64,000 nt of DNA from Eledone cirrhosa (GCA_964016885.1 OZ024741.1:336970001-337034000), one strand, 5' to 3'; shown: positions 14,063-28,995, counted from the stretch's first letter. A program made the numbers and translations. Notes: generated by a model not told the origin, from the letters alone.

Positions 14063-14215
14063 ACAATAATTGTTTCTACTTTTGGCACAAGGCCAGCAAT
14101 TACCCAGTGCATTACTGGTAGTTTGTGAGGTTTGTAAAAGGTAAACAGAAATAACACAATCGGTACAGTATATGGAAGATATATTAGGTTAACGCTTGAT
14201 ATAGAAGGAAGAGGG

Positions 14216-14250
14216 TTTTAACGTTTCGGACGCTAGTCCTTCATCAGAAG
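14216..14250 (-). ncRNA. Minimal type-I hammerhead ribozyme motif
   Basis: Minus strand CUU-CUGAUGA-A-GGAC-UAGC-GUCC-GAAA-CG-UU-AAAA; palindromic ACGU stem III, weak stem I. Confidence 0.65.
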
Positions 14251-15347
14251 AAAGAATGAGAAATAAAATAGATTAAGGGGACGGGCGGGATGAAATTGGA
14301 AAAAATGTCTTTAGATAAAAATAGTAGGTCCATTCATGCTGACATCTCTTATTCATATATATGTATATATATATATTCATATATATGTATATATATTCAT
14401 ATATATGTATATATATTCATAAAGATGTATATATATTCAGAAATATGTATATATATTCATATACGTATATATATATATTTAGATATATATTCATATATAT
14501 TTATATATACGTATATATATATTTATAATATTTCCATTCTACAAACTACACAGCCCAAGTGAAATCAAGAGAAAAATTAAAGAAAAGAATTTTATTGATA
14601 AATTCCAACCCAAGCTAAATGAATCATAATAATTGTTTCTACTTTTGGCACAAGGCCAGTAAATTACCCAGTACATTAGTGGTACTTTATTTTATCGACC
14701 CCGTAAGAATGAAAGGCAAAGTGAACCTCGGCGGGATTTGAACTCAGACCGTAAAGGGACGTAATGCTTAGGGGTATTACTTCTACCATGACTACGCCTA
14801 CGACCATGTCGACTACCACCACTAACAACAGCAATAATAATAATAAAAGTGATGTTGATGTTGAAGATTTTTATAAAAACCCTAGAAAATGCTATTTTCA
14901 TAATTTCTAAAAATAGCAAAACAATTGATGCTATTGATAGAGTCAAATAGAAGTCGTTAGACATGCTCAACCAACTGTGACGCCTAAACCAATCAGCTTT
15001 AGTAATCTAGTGAAACCACACACCGATTGGTCGAAATACAGTTAGCAAAACTTAACATTCTGTATATAAGGCACAGATTTTAGCCATTTCATTACAGTTG
15101 AAAATTGCAAACTTGACTGTCGCCATTGAATATGAAATTGAAGGTTGCGAAAGCATGAAAGTACTTGTTCAATTAACATTTAATATTCTACCATACTATT
15201 TCATTATAATATCATTATAATTTTAAAGGATTGTAAAAAAAAACGAGTAAATCAGACAAAGTTGGAATTCCTTTTATTAATATAATCTTCTATACACACC
15301 ATACACACCTGTGTATATTTATTTATATATATATATTTATATATATA

Positions 15348-15429
<82 letters not shown>

Positions 15430-15454
15430 TATATATCCGGATAATCTGTAAAAC

Positions 15455-16280
15455 TAGAAACGTAGTATATAGTATAAGATGTACAGAGGGTACTTGTAGA
15501 AACATGACAACAACATACATAGGCGAGACACCTCGTAGCATAGGTGAGAGGATAGACCAACACTGGGGGGAACTAAAAGGAAGAAAAAACGGTTATACGA
15601 ACACGCCAGACAACAACATGACGGTAACATAGACAACATCGAAATTAAAATATCTAAACATAGAAATGACCCAGCAGATAGGCAAATCAGAGAGGCCAGT
15701 GAAATAGAACTTAGAAGGCCAAAGCTAAACAGAAAAAATGAATGGAATAACAACAACACTCAAACAAACAATACTGACCTAAGAGAAATAAAAATAAATA
15801 AATAAATGAATAAATATATACACAAGCACAATAACAACAAACACATATAAACACACACTAGTAAACTAAGATAGAATACAATACCAAAACACAGTCACCC
15901 AAACGCGAACACACATCAAACAATATACACACACGCAAACGCATGCACGGAGAAGAAGACAAAAATAAATAAATAAATAAATAAACAGATTAAATAAAGA
16001 TGGCGTAGACATACAATACAACAGGAGGAAACATAATAGCACCACTGACGATGTTGCAGATGTGCAACGAAAGAACTTTGATAGACTATATATATGTGGT
16101 TGTGGCTATATTATATCTGTATTTTTTACCGTTGGTCAGTCAATGGTAAACATTGAGGACCGAATGAATTAACTGATATAAAAGATACAGAAGCGAAAAC
16201 CAAGCAAACAGTGAGTGTCTTCTGTTATTAATTCTGGCAATATTATTACAACAATATGACCCTCCCCAAGTATAACAATA
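15455..16280 (+). mobile_element. PLE 3' end: GIY-YIG endonuclease plus 3' UTR with hammerhead
   Basis: NVVYSIRC...[17 protein letters not shown]...PKLNRKNEW, then an HHR at 16041 and terminal atgaccctccccaagtataacaat before (TA)n. Confidence 0.85.
16041..16082 (+). ncRNA. Type-I hammerhead motif (family A)
   Basis: ACCA-CUGACGA-U-GUUGCA-GAUG-UGCAAC-GAAA-GAAC-UU-UGAU. Confidence 0.7.
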
Positions 16281-16306
16281 AATATATAGATTCATATATA
16301 TATATA

Positions 16307-16394
<88 letters not shown>

Positions 16395-16465
16395 TATATA
16401 TATATATTCATTTCTCTGTGTGTGGGTGTATGTATGTGTATATGTGTGTGTATGTGGATGTATGT

Positions 16466-16516
<51 letters not shown>

Positions 16517-17095
16517 GTGTATCTGGATGTATGCGTATGTGTATATATATATGTGTGTGTGTGTGTATATATATGTGTGTTTATGTGTATATATGTGTGT
16601 GTGTTTGTATGTGTGTATGTATATATATGTGTGTGTGTGTATGTATGTGTGGGTGTGTATATATATGTGTATGTATATGTGTGTATATATGTGTATGTAC
16701 ACATATATATATATATATATATATATATGTGTATGTATATGTATATGTATGTATGTGTGGATGAAGGTATGTGTGTATATATAGGTGTAAGTGCACTAAA
16801 TCCCTTTCTATCAATCTCCCCTCTCCTACCGACCACAGGGAGATATATGTATGTATATTGCTTCCACCCCCTCACTGACCAGCACCTGGCCATCTGGCCA
16901 TTGCTAAATCTGACCTTTATAAAATAACCCACATAACCCAAATAACTTCTCATTCACTACCAGAAAGGCACACAGCAGTCAACTAGCTGCTACCAAGATG
17001 AAAACTACTATGAAATCCCACAATGAATTTTATACTTGAATTTTCAAATCTCAAATTTTAACTCTTCTTATTATTAATTTTTCTTAATATTAATC

Positions 17096-17143
17096 AACAT
17101 TTGAAAAGATGGCTTTTGCAGACCCATCGAAACCGGTCATTTT
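17096..17143 (+). ncRNA. Hammerhead motif with U3-A8 core variant
   Basis: AACAU-UUGAAAA-GAUGG-(11 nt)-CCAUC-GAAA-CCGG-UC-AUUUU. Confidence 0.65.
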
Positions 17144-17290
17144 TTATACCCTTTATTATTTCCTTACCTTATAAAATTATATGTTTTTTCACAAAAAAGT
17201 ATTCTGTCTCTTATATATTCCATGTGCCATTACCAACCTCAATTTTCTCTATAACCTTCGTTTTGTGTAGTAAATTACACTTTTCATATA

Positions 17291-17360
<70 letters not shown>

Positions 17361-17382
17361 TATATACATATATATACATATA

Positions 17383-18270
17383 TTTCGTTTCTGAATTAGT
17401 TTAGCAAGATTCTTTATCTGAAAATGTGTGTTGAAACCGATACTGTTATGCTCTGGGAGGGTCATGTTGCCAATAAGAAACACACGCACCAGTTGTTTTC
17501 ACTTCAATTTATTATAAATTAAATTTATAAATTTAGGAATTTATAAATTTCCGGTTGGTTGGTTCCACAACCAGACGATTGTTCATATATTGCCAAAGTT
17601 CTTTCGTCACACATTCTGTGACCTCTTCAGTGACTGGGGATTCTTTTCTTTGTTTTTGTGCCTCTCCTTTGTTCTGTCCTATGCCATCTTGTTTTTGTGT
17701 GTGTTGTGTGCTTAGTTTGCGCATGTGCTACATCCGGGTGTCTGTGTGTGTTTATATTTGTTTATTTACATGTTACTGGTTGGTTGTTTGTTCTATGTGT
17801 GTGTATTTTTTGTGTTCTATGTGTGTGTGTGTGTTGTGATGTTCCTGTTCCATTCATGCAACAGCAACATCACAACTTACAATTAAGGACAAAATGAAAA
17901 CACACACACACACATAGAACCAGTAACATCTAAATAAACAAATAAATAAACAAATATAAACACACACAGACACCCGGATGTAACACATGCGCAAACTAAG
18001 CACACAACACACACAAAAACAAGATGGCGTAGGACAGAACAAAGGAGAGGCACAAAAACAAAGAAAAGAATCCCCAGTCGGTGAAGAGTTCACAGATTGT
18101 GTCACGAAAGAACTTTGACAATATATGAACAATGGTCTGGTTGTGGAACCAACCAACCAACCGGAAATTTATAAATTCCTAAATTTATAAATTTAATTTA
18201 TAATAAATTGAAGTGAAAGCAACTGGTGCGTGTGTTTCTTGGCAACATGACCCTCCGAAAGCATAACAAT
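17383..18270. mobile_element. Foldback of the PLE family-A 3' end, with HHR at 17592-17634 (-) and a decayed HHR at 18077-18119 (+)
   Basis: Two opposed diverged copies of the same ~400-450 bp sequence between (TA)n tracts. Confidence 0.85.
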
Positions 18271-18311
18271 ATATATATATATATATATTCATATATATAT
18301 ATATATATATA

Positions 18312-18374
<63 letters not shown>

Positions 18375-18510
18375 TCATATATATATTCATATATATATAT
18401 CATCATCATCATTTTACGTCCGCTTTTGCCTGCTTATATATATATATATATATATATATATAATGAAATGACAGGAGGCTGGATTTGTGTAAATCCTTGA
18501 AAGGTTTATT

Positions 18511-18568
18511 ATACTATGATCATTTCAATGACCGGGTTCCGTATGAATCCGGTGATATCATCAGGTAT
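18511..18568 (-). ncRNA. Type-I hammerhead motif
   Basis: Reverse complement of 21159-21216. Confidence 0.7.
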
Positions 18569-21158
18569 TCGAAATATAATACGTGAATGTAATAGATAAA
18601 ATCCATGGGGCTGAAAATCGAGGACCCGAGGGCGATCGCTATCCTGTACCTTCTACCTTAGGCGGTTGCCCTCGAGTGACGTGGCTAAAGCTTACAGTGT
18701 GCTACTACCGGTCAGATAAAGGAAAACAGAAAGGGATGGGAACATAAGTTAGCGTTAATCTCATGCCACAAGACAAAAGAAAGAAAGAAAGGAGGGAGAG
18801 AGAAGAAGGGGGAAGGAAGAAGAAGAGAAGCCAGGGTTAATGTCAGCTATAAGAAGAAAGACAGAAAGAAAGAGGAGGAAAGGTCGGAATTACAGTCAGG
18901 CCAGGATTGTCGCGAAGAAATTTTTTTATTCTATGGGACCTGTATCTAAACAACCACTACCGGTCAGATATAGGCAAACAAAATCAAAAAGGGGGAAGGA
19001 AGATAAGTCTGCGGGAGGAAGACAGAGAGAGGGGAGAAGAGAAGGAAGAGAATGAAGAAGTAGAAAAGTAAGGGTTGGTGGCTACAAGAAGCGAGGTAGA
19101 AAGGTCGATATTAATGTCAGACTACAGTCAGGCCAGGAGTGGCGCGAGAAAATGTCCACAGGGACCCGTATCTTAGCAGAGGTGAATATATTGGGGGTCA
19201 GTGTGTTATAATGTGTGAGCAGAATATTGGAACATTACGTTTTTGTTTAGACTTATAGGATGAAGTTAAAAATTAATAATTAATAATTAAATTAATAATT
19301 AATAATTAAAAATTAATAATTAATATTAAAGAAATTAGAAAATTTAAAGTTAAGCAGTTTAACAGTTGAAGATTGATATATCTAATAGTTCTGATTTGGT
19401 CTGTAATTTAAAGGTACTATGTGGCGGTTAAAACACCGGCCGCGCTCCGGGCCCCCGGGGCGAATTAAGCTAATCCGAGTAGTTTCATTTACCGAAAGAA
19501 GGGGAAATTTATTTTTCCAAGCACTCAAGGTAGGCCCATGCCCCAGGGGGCTGGTTGCGCCGCCATTAAAACCCACCCAACAGTCCGACAGAAAGTTGGA
19601 ACTTTAAAAAATTGTTTAAATTTATAGGATGAAGTTGAAAAAAGTAATAATTAATATTTAATATTAAAGAAATTAGAAAATTTAAAGTTAAACAGTTTAA
19701 CATCTTAACGTTGATATATCTAATAGTTCTGATTTGATCTGTAATTTAAAGGTACTATGTGGCGGTTAAAACACCGGCCGCGCTCCTATAAATTTAAGCA
19801 ATATTTTAAAGTTCCAACTTTCTGTCGACTGCTGGGTGGGTTTTAATGGCGGCGCGACCAGCCCCCTGGCGCATGGGCCTACCTGGAGTGCTTGGAAAAA
19901 TAAATTTCCCCTTCTTTCGGTGAATGAAACTACTCGGAGTGGCTTAATTCGCCCCGGGGGCCCGGAGCGCGGCCGGTGTTTTAACCGCCACATAGTACCT
20001 TTAAATTACAGATCAAATCAGAACTATTAGATATATCAACCTTAAGATGTTAAACTGTTTAACTTTAAATTTTCTAATTTCTTTAATATTAAATATTAAT
20101 TATTAATTTTTTCAACTTCATCCTATAAATTTAAACAATATTTTAAAGTTCCAACTTTCTGTCGGACTGTTGGGTGGGTTTTAATGGCGGCGCGACCGGC
20201 CCCCTGGCACATGGGCCTACCTTGAGTGCTTGGAAAAATAAATTTCCCCTTCTTTCGGTAAATGAAACTACTCGGATTGGCTTAATTCGCCCCGGGGGCC
20301 CGGAGCGCCGCCAGTGTTTTAACCGCCACATAGTACCTTTAAATTACAAACCAAATCAGAACTATTAGATATATTAACCTTAAAATGTTAAACTGCTTAA
20401 CTTTAAATTTTCTAATTTCTTTAATATTAAATATTAATTATTAATTTTTAACTTCATCCTATAAGTCTAAACAAAAACGTAATGTTCCAATATTCTGCTC
20501 ACACATTATAACACACTGACCCCCAATATATTCACCTCTGCTAAGATACGGGTCCCTGTGGACATTTTCTCGCGCCACTCCTGGCCTGACTGTAGTCTGA
20601 CATTAATATCGACCTTGCTTCCTCTTTCTTTCTATCTCCCTTCTTGTAGTCACCAACCCTTACTTTTATACTTCTTCATTCTCTTCCTTCTCTTCTCCCC
20701 TCTTTCTGTCTTCCTCCCGCAGACTTATCTTCCTTCCCCCTTTTTGTTTTTGTTTGCCTATATCTGACGGGTAGTGGTTGTTTAGATACGAGTCCCGTAG
20801 AATAAAAAAATTTCTTCGCGACAATCCTGGCCTGACTGTAATACCGACCTTTCCTCCACTTTCTTTCTCTCTTTCTTCTTATAGCTGACATTAACCCTGG
20901 CTTCTCTTCTTCTTCCTCCCCCCTTCTTCTCTCTCCCTCCTTTCTTTCTTTTGTCTTGTGGAATGAGATTAATGCTAACTTATGTTCCCATCCCTTTCTG
21001 TTTTCCTTTATCTGACCGGTAGTAGCACACTGTAAGCTTTAGCCACGTCACTCGAGGGCGACCGGCTAAGGTAGAAGGTACAGGATAGCGATCGCCCTCG
21101 GGTCCTCGATTTTCAGCCCCATGGATTTTATCTATTACATTCACGTATTATATTTCGA

Positions 21159-21216
21159 ATACCTGATGATATCACCGGATTCATACGGAACCCGGTCATT
21201 GAAATGATCATAGTAT
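21159..21216 (+). ncRNA. Type-I hammerhead motif
   Basis: AUAC-CUGAUGA-UAUCACCGG..CCGGUCAUU-GAAA-UGAUCA-UA-GUAU; palindromic stem III. Confidence 0.7.
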
Positions 21217-21905
21217 AATAAACCTTTCAAGGATTTACACAAATCCAGCCTCCTGTCATTTTCTTATATTTAACTCCGTAATAGCACAACCAACTAAAAA
21301 ACAAAGACGGTTGAACTGCTTTACGTTGAGTACTCTCTATATTATTACATTACGATTGACCATACGGAATAGACCAGCTCTATCAAGTGGTGAACCTCAA
21401 ACCTGAATAAATATATATATATATATATATTCATCTATATATATATATCATCATCATCATCATTTTACGTCCGCTTTTCCCTGCTTATATATATATATAG
21501 GTATTAGAATTGGTGCTCTGAAATAGCGATGTATACATGAATGTATGTATAGTATATTTGGCAATATACCGTATGTTTAATTAAAACCATTTTGAAGACC
21601 ATACGTTATCGATTTAAAGTAGTGACTATGTCACTTACTTCTTTTCGGCAAGTAAGTGACATAGTCACTAATTATATACACACACACACATATATATATG
21701 TGTACATATATATACAAATATTCATATATATATATATGTATATATATGTATATATATATATGTACACATATATATATGTGTACATATGTGTACATATATA
21801 TATACAAATATTCATATATATATATATATATACAGATATATATATATATATATATTCATATATATATATATACAGATATGTACATATACATAATAAATAT
21901 ATATT

Positions 21906-21965
<60 letters not shown>

Positions 21966-22010
21966 CATATAAGTATGTTTTGAAACAGTGAGCGAGTTTG
22001 AAATTAGAAA

Positions 22011-22206
22011 ATATATAGCTTTCACAGTATTTTTGACTAAAGGAATTTTAGCTTGATAACGGGGTTTAGAACCCTCAGATAAATGGAAAAAGATGAGTAT
22101 TGACGTACATGTACGTCAATACTCATCTTTTTCCATTTATCTGAGGGTTCTAAACCCCGTTATCAAGCTAAAATTCCTTTAGTCAAAAATACGGTGAAAG
22201 CTATAT
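22011..22206. repeat. Spacer-less palindrome with 98-bp arms
   Basis: Centre gacgtaca|tgtacgtc at 22108/22109; one mismatch seen between the arms. Confidence 0.9.
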
Positions 22207-23177
22207 ATATGTGTGTGTGTACGCGCATATGTATAATAGAATGAGTTCAGTTTGTTTTTGAATTTATTTATAGTCCTATTTCTATTTTAGTTTATATTGT
22301 AATGTCTCGTTTTTGTTTGCTTTCTCGTTTACTTCAAAGGTTTTCAATCTTACAAAGAAGACTTCCACCAAGCGTCAACAAGTCAGTCCCAAAGTTGTAC
22401 TAAATCTGGCAGCAACACTTTATATCAATCGAAAAGTTCCAACAATATTTGGTGCACTAGCGGTGATGTTTGTTCAGGTACATTATCTACAATTGGTTCT
22501 AACATCATGAACACAGCAAATTTCTCACGGACGTTACCATCAAAACATGGTTTTTCATCCTTTACCAAGCCACTACCTGCTATACCAAAACAAGCAGCAG
22601 ATATTTAATCAATCCTTTGACAGACCTGCCATCTTCTAAAAACTCAAAGGTGGGGTACCATGAAAAAAAGTATCTCAAAATGGGGAGAAATGAACCAAAA
22701 TTGGGAGATTTTACATAATGAAAGCTATACCCATTTTCACAAGAGAAGATATCTCTCACCCACCCCAAAGTGGGTGGGTGATCTCCCCCTCAGACGGGGA
22801 GAGTTGACGGGTCTGATTTGATACCTGTATATTTGCTACGATCTCTTCTTATTGAATACCCAAATAAATTTGACAAATAAAATAAAAAAACTTGTTTCCT
22901 TTAACATTTTTTATTTAACTATTTCAAAAGAAATTGCTAGAAGCATATTAATTATCTGTGAAACATTTGAAAAATCTCACTGCTCCTCTTTGCAATAAAA
23001 TGTTTTCGACTATCTTGAAGACATATTTGGAAAGCCATAATTTACAAGATTCTTAGTTAAATATTAAAGAATAACATTAATCTAAAAATATTTCTTTTTT
23101 TTTTAATAAAGCATCCATATCTTCATTCGGCTCAGATTTTATTGATATAAGATAACACTGTTCATGACTTCACCAAC

Positions 23178-23520
23178 TTTATACATATAAAAGCGAGGAT
23201 GTGTGTTTGTCTGTGTACAAATTTGCATACATAAGGCTTTTACAATTACCAACTGAATTTGAACAAATGTTCTGTGCACGTTGCACCGGTCGCTAAGATT
23301 GTCACATCACAAACATTTTTCAAATCGACCCAAGTCGAGCAATAAAAAATCGATATCAAAATTATCGGTAGCAAAATTGATGTAAGGGAGATAACCAACT
23401 TTATTGACAGAAATATAAACATCAGATTCATTTGACGATAAATCACTAATATTATCGTTTGTATCTTATTTATTGTTTGTTGCATTTCAAACCACGGGCA
23501 ACGCCGGGTAAATCTGCTAG
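23178..23520 (+). mobile_element. Non-autonomous Helitron-like element
   Basis: 5' tttatacatataaaag; 3' GC hairpin cgggcaacgccgg followed by CTAG|T. Confidence 0.6.
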
Positions 23521-23594
<74 letters not shown>

Positions 23595-23624
23595 ATGTGT
23601 GTATATATATATTTATGTATGTAA

Positions 23625-23744
<120 letters not shown>

Positions 23745-23979
23745 GTTAGGTTTTTTTTACAAAATAAAAAATAACCGAGGTGTCCTACATGAGTGAAAAT
23801 ATAAAGAAAAAAAAGATGAAATCTAAAATGCAACTGGAGTCTTATTTAAAAATAAATATATATATTTATTTGGTTCCTTTACCGGTTTCGCAGTTCTTCT
23901 GCTTTTCAAAGGTAGAGTTGAGATGGAGGATCTGTGGTTTTTCTCACATCTTATATATATATATATATATACATACATA

Positions 23980-24572
23980 CATAAAATAAAAATAGAATCT
24001 ACACACAGAAAAGACGCAATGTTTAGACAAATCACAGAAGCAATAAACATAAATGAATTACAACCAAAATTAAATAGAAAACATGATTGGAACAGCAACA
24101 TCACAACTTACAATTAAGGATAAAATGAAAACACACACGCACATAGAACAAACAACCAACCAGTAACATGTAAATAAACAAATAAATAAACGAATATAAA
24201 CACACACAGACACCCGGATGTAACATATGCCAAAATAAGCACACAACACACACACAAAAACAAGATGGCGTAGGACAGAACAAAGGAGAGGCACAAAAAA
24301 CTAAGAAAAGCATCCCCAGTCACTGAAGAGGTCACAGAATGTGTGACGAAAGAACTTTGACAATATATAAACAACCATCAGGTTGTGGAACCAATCAACC
24401 AACCGGAAATTTATAAATTCCTAAATTTATAAATTTATTATAATAAATTAAAGTGAAAGCATGTGGTGCGTGTGTTTCTTATTGGCAACATGACCCTCCC
24501 AAAGAATAACAATATCGGTTTCAACACACGTTTTCAGATAAAGAATCTTGCTAAACAAATTCAGAAACGAAA
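23980..24572 (+). mobile_element. PLE family-A 3' end (endonuclease C-terminus plus UTR with HHR at 24319-24361)
   Basis: RQITEAININELQPKLNRKHDW, then GUCA-CUGAAGA-G-GUCACA..UGUGAC-GAAA-GAAC-UU-UGAC. Confidence 0.85.
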
Positions 24573-24634
24573 TATATATATATATATATAATACGAAGAG
24601 GGTGTTTAACTCCAACACGCTCCAGTATTTTAAT

Positions 24635-24674
<40 letters not shown>

Positions 24675-24961
24675 GGCATGAAAAATAGAGCGAGAAACAG
24701 GACTGTCCAACATTAGTGATCTTCTGACTGTCATCGGTATTTCTTCGCATTAAAGACCAGATACTCAAAATCAGTGTGAGCAATAACTAAATTAAGTTAT
24801 TGGGACAGAGCGAATTGGGTGGAGAAAGAGGGACAGTAAACAAACAAAATAGGAATGAGAGACAAGTCAAAGATACATGTGAAGTTAAGCTCGAACAAAT
24901 CAACGACGAGAAGATGGCAGACACGTCCGAACCCTGCGAAATGTAAGCGAGAAAAGGATTT

Positions 24962-25864
<903 letters not shown>

Positions 25865-26485
25865 TGCCCCCTCGTTATCGAGTATGGCCATTGCACGATA
25901 TAACATTATTAACAATTATTAATTAATTCTATCGTGCAATGCCTGTGCGTGAAGATATTTTTTATAGAGAGGAAAGACTGTACACTGAGCCAATCCCACT
26001 CTCTGAGCGACAGTAGATATAACCCGAAAAGAAGAAAAGATCAACATCATCGGTAACTACTGAGCTGCAGGTTTTATATCGGAGTTATCCCAGTTTCCTG
26101 AGTTGCCTTCTCCTAGAAGAATGCCCTGACAAAGGCTAGGGGTCCTTCACTCCCAGTGGTTTAACCGCGCGATCGGGTGTCCAGCCCGACTATTTCTATG
26201 TCCCCGCGCATATACATATACACATATACACATATATATACACATATACACATGTACATACATATGTACATGTGTATATACATATTTACACACTTTCGGA
26301 TGGCCGTTGATTCTTATGAGTTCTTCCGCCCTTTGTTAGGTTTTGTTTTTTGTCCTGCAGGGTGTCCAAAATCACCCTCCTCACCAAGTAAACTTGGTGG
26401 AATTGCCAGATTAGTCGCCGACGACCCGACCATGCGACAGGTTGTACTGGGTTACATGTTACCAGTAGCACTCAAGAGTGACCCG

Positions 26486-26582
<97 letters not shown>

Positions 26583-26797
26583 GTATTAATATTATTAATT
26601 ATACTATTTATGGTTATGTAAATACAAAAACCTTTTGCAGTTATATATATTTTTATACAAACCCTAAATAGTGGTAGGCAGTAATATATTACTACCTTAT
26701 TACCAGTAAGTTAAGTAGCTCAATGTAAAAACATCAGATGATTTACAGAGCAGTTATATGAATTATAAGAATCAAAGAACTGTTCAAAACATTTTTA

Positions 26798-26844
26798 TGC
26801 TTACAACTGTTTCCTCCAAACCGAGGTTTGGCTTCCTCGGAGCA
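26798..26844 (-). ncRNA. Hammerhead motif, U4C variant
   Basis: UGCU-CCGAGGA-AG-CCAAACC-UC-GGUUUGG-AG-GAAA-CAGUUG-UA-AGCA. Confidence 0.55.
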
Positions 26845-27015
26845 ATTTATTAATGAATGAACACTTATATGACCTCCTTTTCACCCAAGAGACATACAGA
26901 TACATATGCAAATATTGTGGGTCAACATTCATTACAGCATTTAGAGTGGCAGTACACACTTAGAGATTACATTCATATTAAAAGATACAATCAAAAATAC
27001 AGGTTAAAATACAAC

Positions 27016-27059
<44 letters not shown>

Positions 27060-27229
27060 TTGCACATTCCCACACATTTGCATAACGATGGGCTCTACCG
27101 AAACTTCAGTGTGTTTGTTTTGATTGTTTATTTTCTATTCCAATATAGAGAAACGCTAAGGAGTAAATAAGAATGTTTTGAACATTTCCAAAATGTATTA
27201 AGAGTGTTGGTTAGGTCACCCTCTAACTA

Positions 27230-27260
<31 letters not shown>

Positions 27261-27262
<2 letters not shown>

Positions 27263-27859
27263 CGTTTCTGAATTTGTTTAGCAAGATTCTTTATCTGAAA
27301 TCGTGTGTTGAAACCGATATTGTTATACTTTGGGAGGGTCATGTTGCCAATAAGAAACACACGCACCAGTTGCTTTCACTTCAATTTAATTTAATATATA
27401 TTTATAAATTTACAAATTTATAAATTTCTGGTTGGTTGGTTGGTTCCACAACCAGATAGTTGTTTATATATATATAGTCATAGTTCTTTCGTCACACACT
27501 CTGTGACCTCTTCAGTGACTGGGGATTTCTTTCTTCGTTTCTGTGCCTTTCCTTTCTTCTATCCTACGCCATTTTGTTTGTGTGTGGGTTGGCAACCCAC
27601 ACACAAACAAAATGGCGTAGGATAGAAGAAAGGAAAGGCACAGAAACGAAGAAAGAAATCCCCAGTCACTGAAGAGGTCACAGAGTGTGTGACGAAAGAA
27701 CTATGACTATATATATATAAACAACTATCTGGTTGTGGAACCAACCAACCAACCAGAAATTTATAAATTTGTAAATTTATAAATATATATTAAATTAAAT
27801 TGAAGTGAAAGCAACTGGTGCGTGTGTTTCTTATTGGCAACATGACCCTCCCAAAGTAT

Positions 27860-27867
<8 letters not shown>
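27261..27867. mobile_element. Palindrome of the PLE family-A 3' end (275-bp arms, 1-nt spacer at 27592) with HHRs at 27476-27520 (-) and 27664-27708 (+)
   Basis: Arms 27317-27591 and 27593-27867; mirror ORFs 27440-27625 and 27559-27744 differ only at the centre codon. Confidence 0.92.
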
Positions 27868-27914
<47 letters not shown>

Positions 27915-27917
<3 letters not shown>

Positions 27918-28720
27918 GAAAATAGACAAATTAATGTAAGCAAGAAGCCAACAGTAATTCAGACATATAAGTGACAATTATGTGAAGATGAAAAATATTT
28001 AACGTAAGATATGGGAAAATAATTTAATCCCAATTCAAAACAAGTCAAGACCAGACATTTTATCCACAGATTTTGTGTAATCCAGGGAAAAAACCAATAG
28101 AATCTTAACTCAAAATAAAATTAAGAGTAAATACTTATCCGTCAATTTTGAAAAATCTACAAATGCACTATATAGTCTTAAAAAGACTATTTCACGAAAC
28201 TTTTCAGTGGGGTTAGTCATGGTTGGAGTCGTTCGTCAATAGTGCTCAATACGTTAACTAAGTACCATAGCTAAAATATGCCAGAGGGGAATTTAAAAGC
28301 AGGCTAGTCAAACCTCGTATGGAATTGAATTAATAAACACACATGGAGACAGGGCTAGTGCCGTCAGAATGCGACGAATGTCTGTTTACAAGAAACGCAG
28401 TCAAAACATTCCGAAAAAAACTCAACAAAAGATATGGAGTTCAGTATAAAGCAATATTGTCGCGGTTTTTAAAAAAAAAAACGGGATTAGTCACAAATTA
28501 AGCACTCAAGGAAAAATTCCGAGTATAAATATATAAATGAAAATAGAGAAATTAATGTAAGCAAGAAGCCAACAGTAATTCAGACATATAAGTGACTATT
28601 CCGTCAAGATGAAAAATATTTAACGTAAGATATGGAAAAATAATTTAATCCCAATTCAAAACAAGTCAAGACCAGAAATTTTATCCACAGATTTTGTGTA
28701 ATCCGGGGAAAAAACCAATA
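27915..28720. repeat. ~185-bp direct repeats 620 bp apart (pLTR-like, between (TA)n tracts)
   Basis: atgaaaatag.aaattaatgtaagcaagaagcc...aaaaaaccaata at ~27917 and ~28537. Confidence 0.8.
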
Positions 28721-28731
28721 TATATATATAT

Positions 28732-28862
<131 letters not shown>

Positions 28863-28995
28863 GGAGGAAGTTATAGTTCACTTGAAGCATTGTGTAATGA
28901 GGTATAAACGTTTGTATATGTATAATAAAGCCAAAACAATGCAGGTATGGACATAGAATAAAGAATGCAAATGCAAAAGATATTGTTGACAATTA

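Larger units (their letters stand above)
18466..21410. mobile_element. ~2.9-kb foldback element with internal 338-bp tandem repeats and a hammerhead in each arm
   Basis: 18466-19786 is the reverse complement of the right arm ending at 21261; junction microhomology TCC at 19784-19786; right arm extends to AATAAA plus (TA)n. Confidence 0.9.

Noticed and set aside
16256-16953. Long ORFs rich in YI/CV/HT (also 21592, 23459, 42459, 47709 and others)
   Set aside because: Translations of (TA)n and (CA)n microsatellites
19430-19600. HDV-like ribozyme in the GC-rich 338-bp unit
   Set aside because: GGCGAAU is present, but P1/P2/P3 pairings could not be assembled
22136-22205. CUGAGGG...GAAAGCUA hammerhead-like text in the palindrome
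   Set aside because: A9 is missing and there is no stem II
22300-23150. Possible decayed transposase on the minus strand
   Set aside because: Only short broken frames; no motif I can identify with confidence
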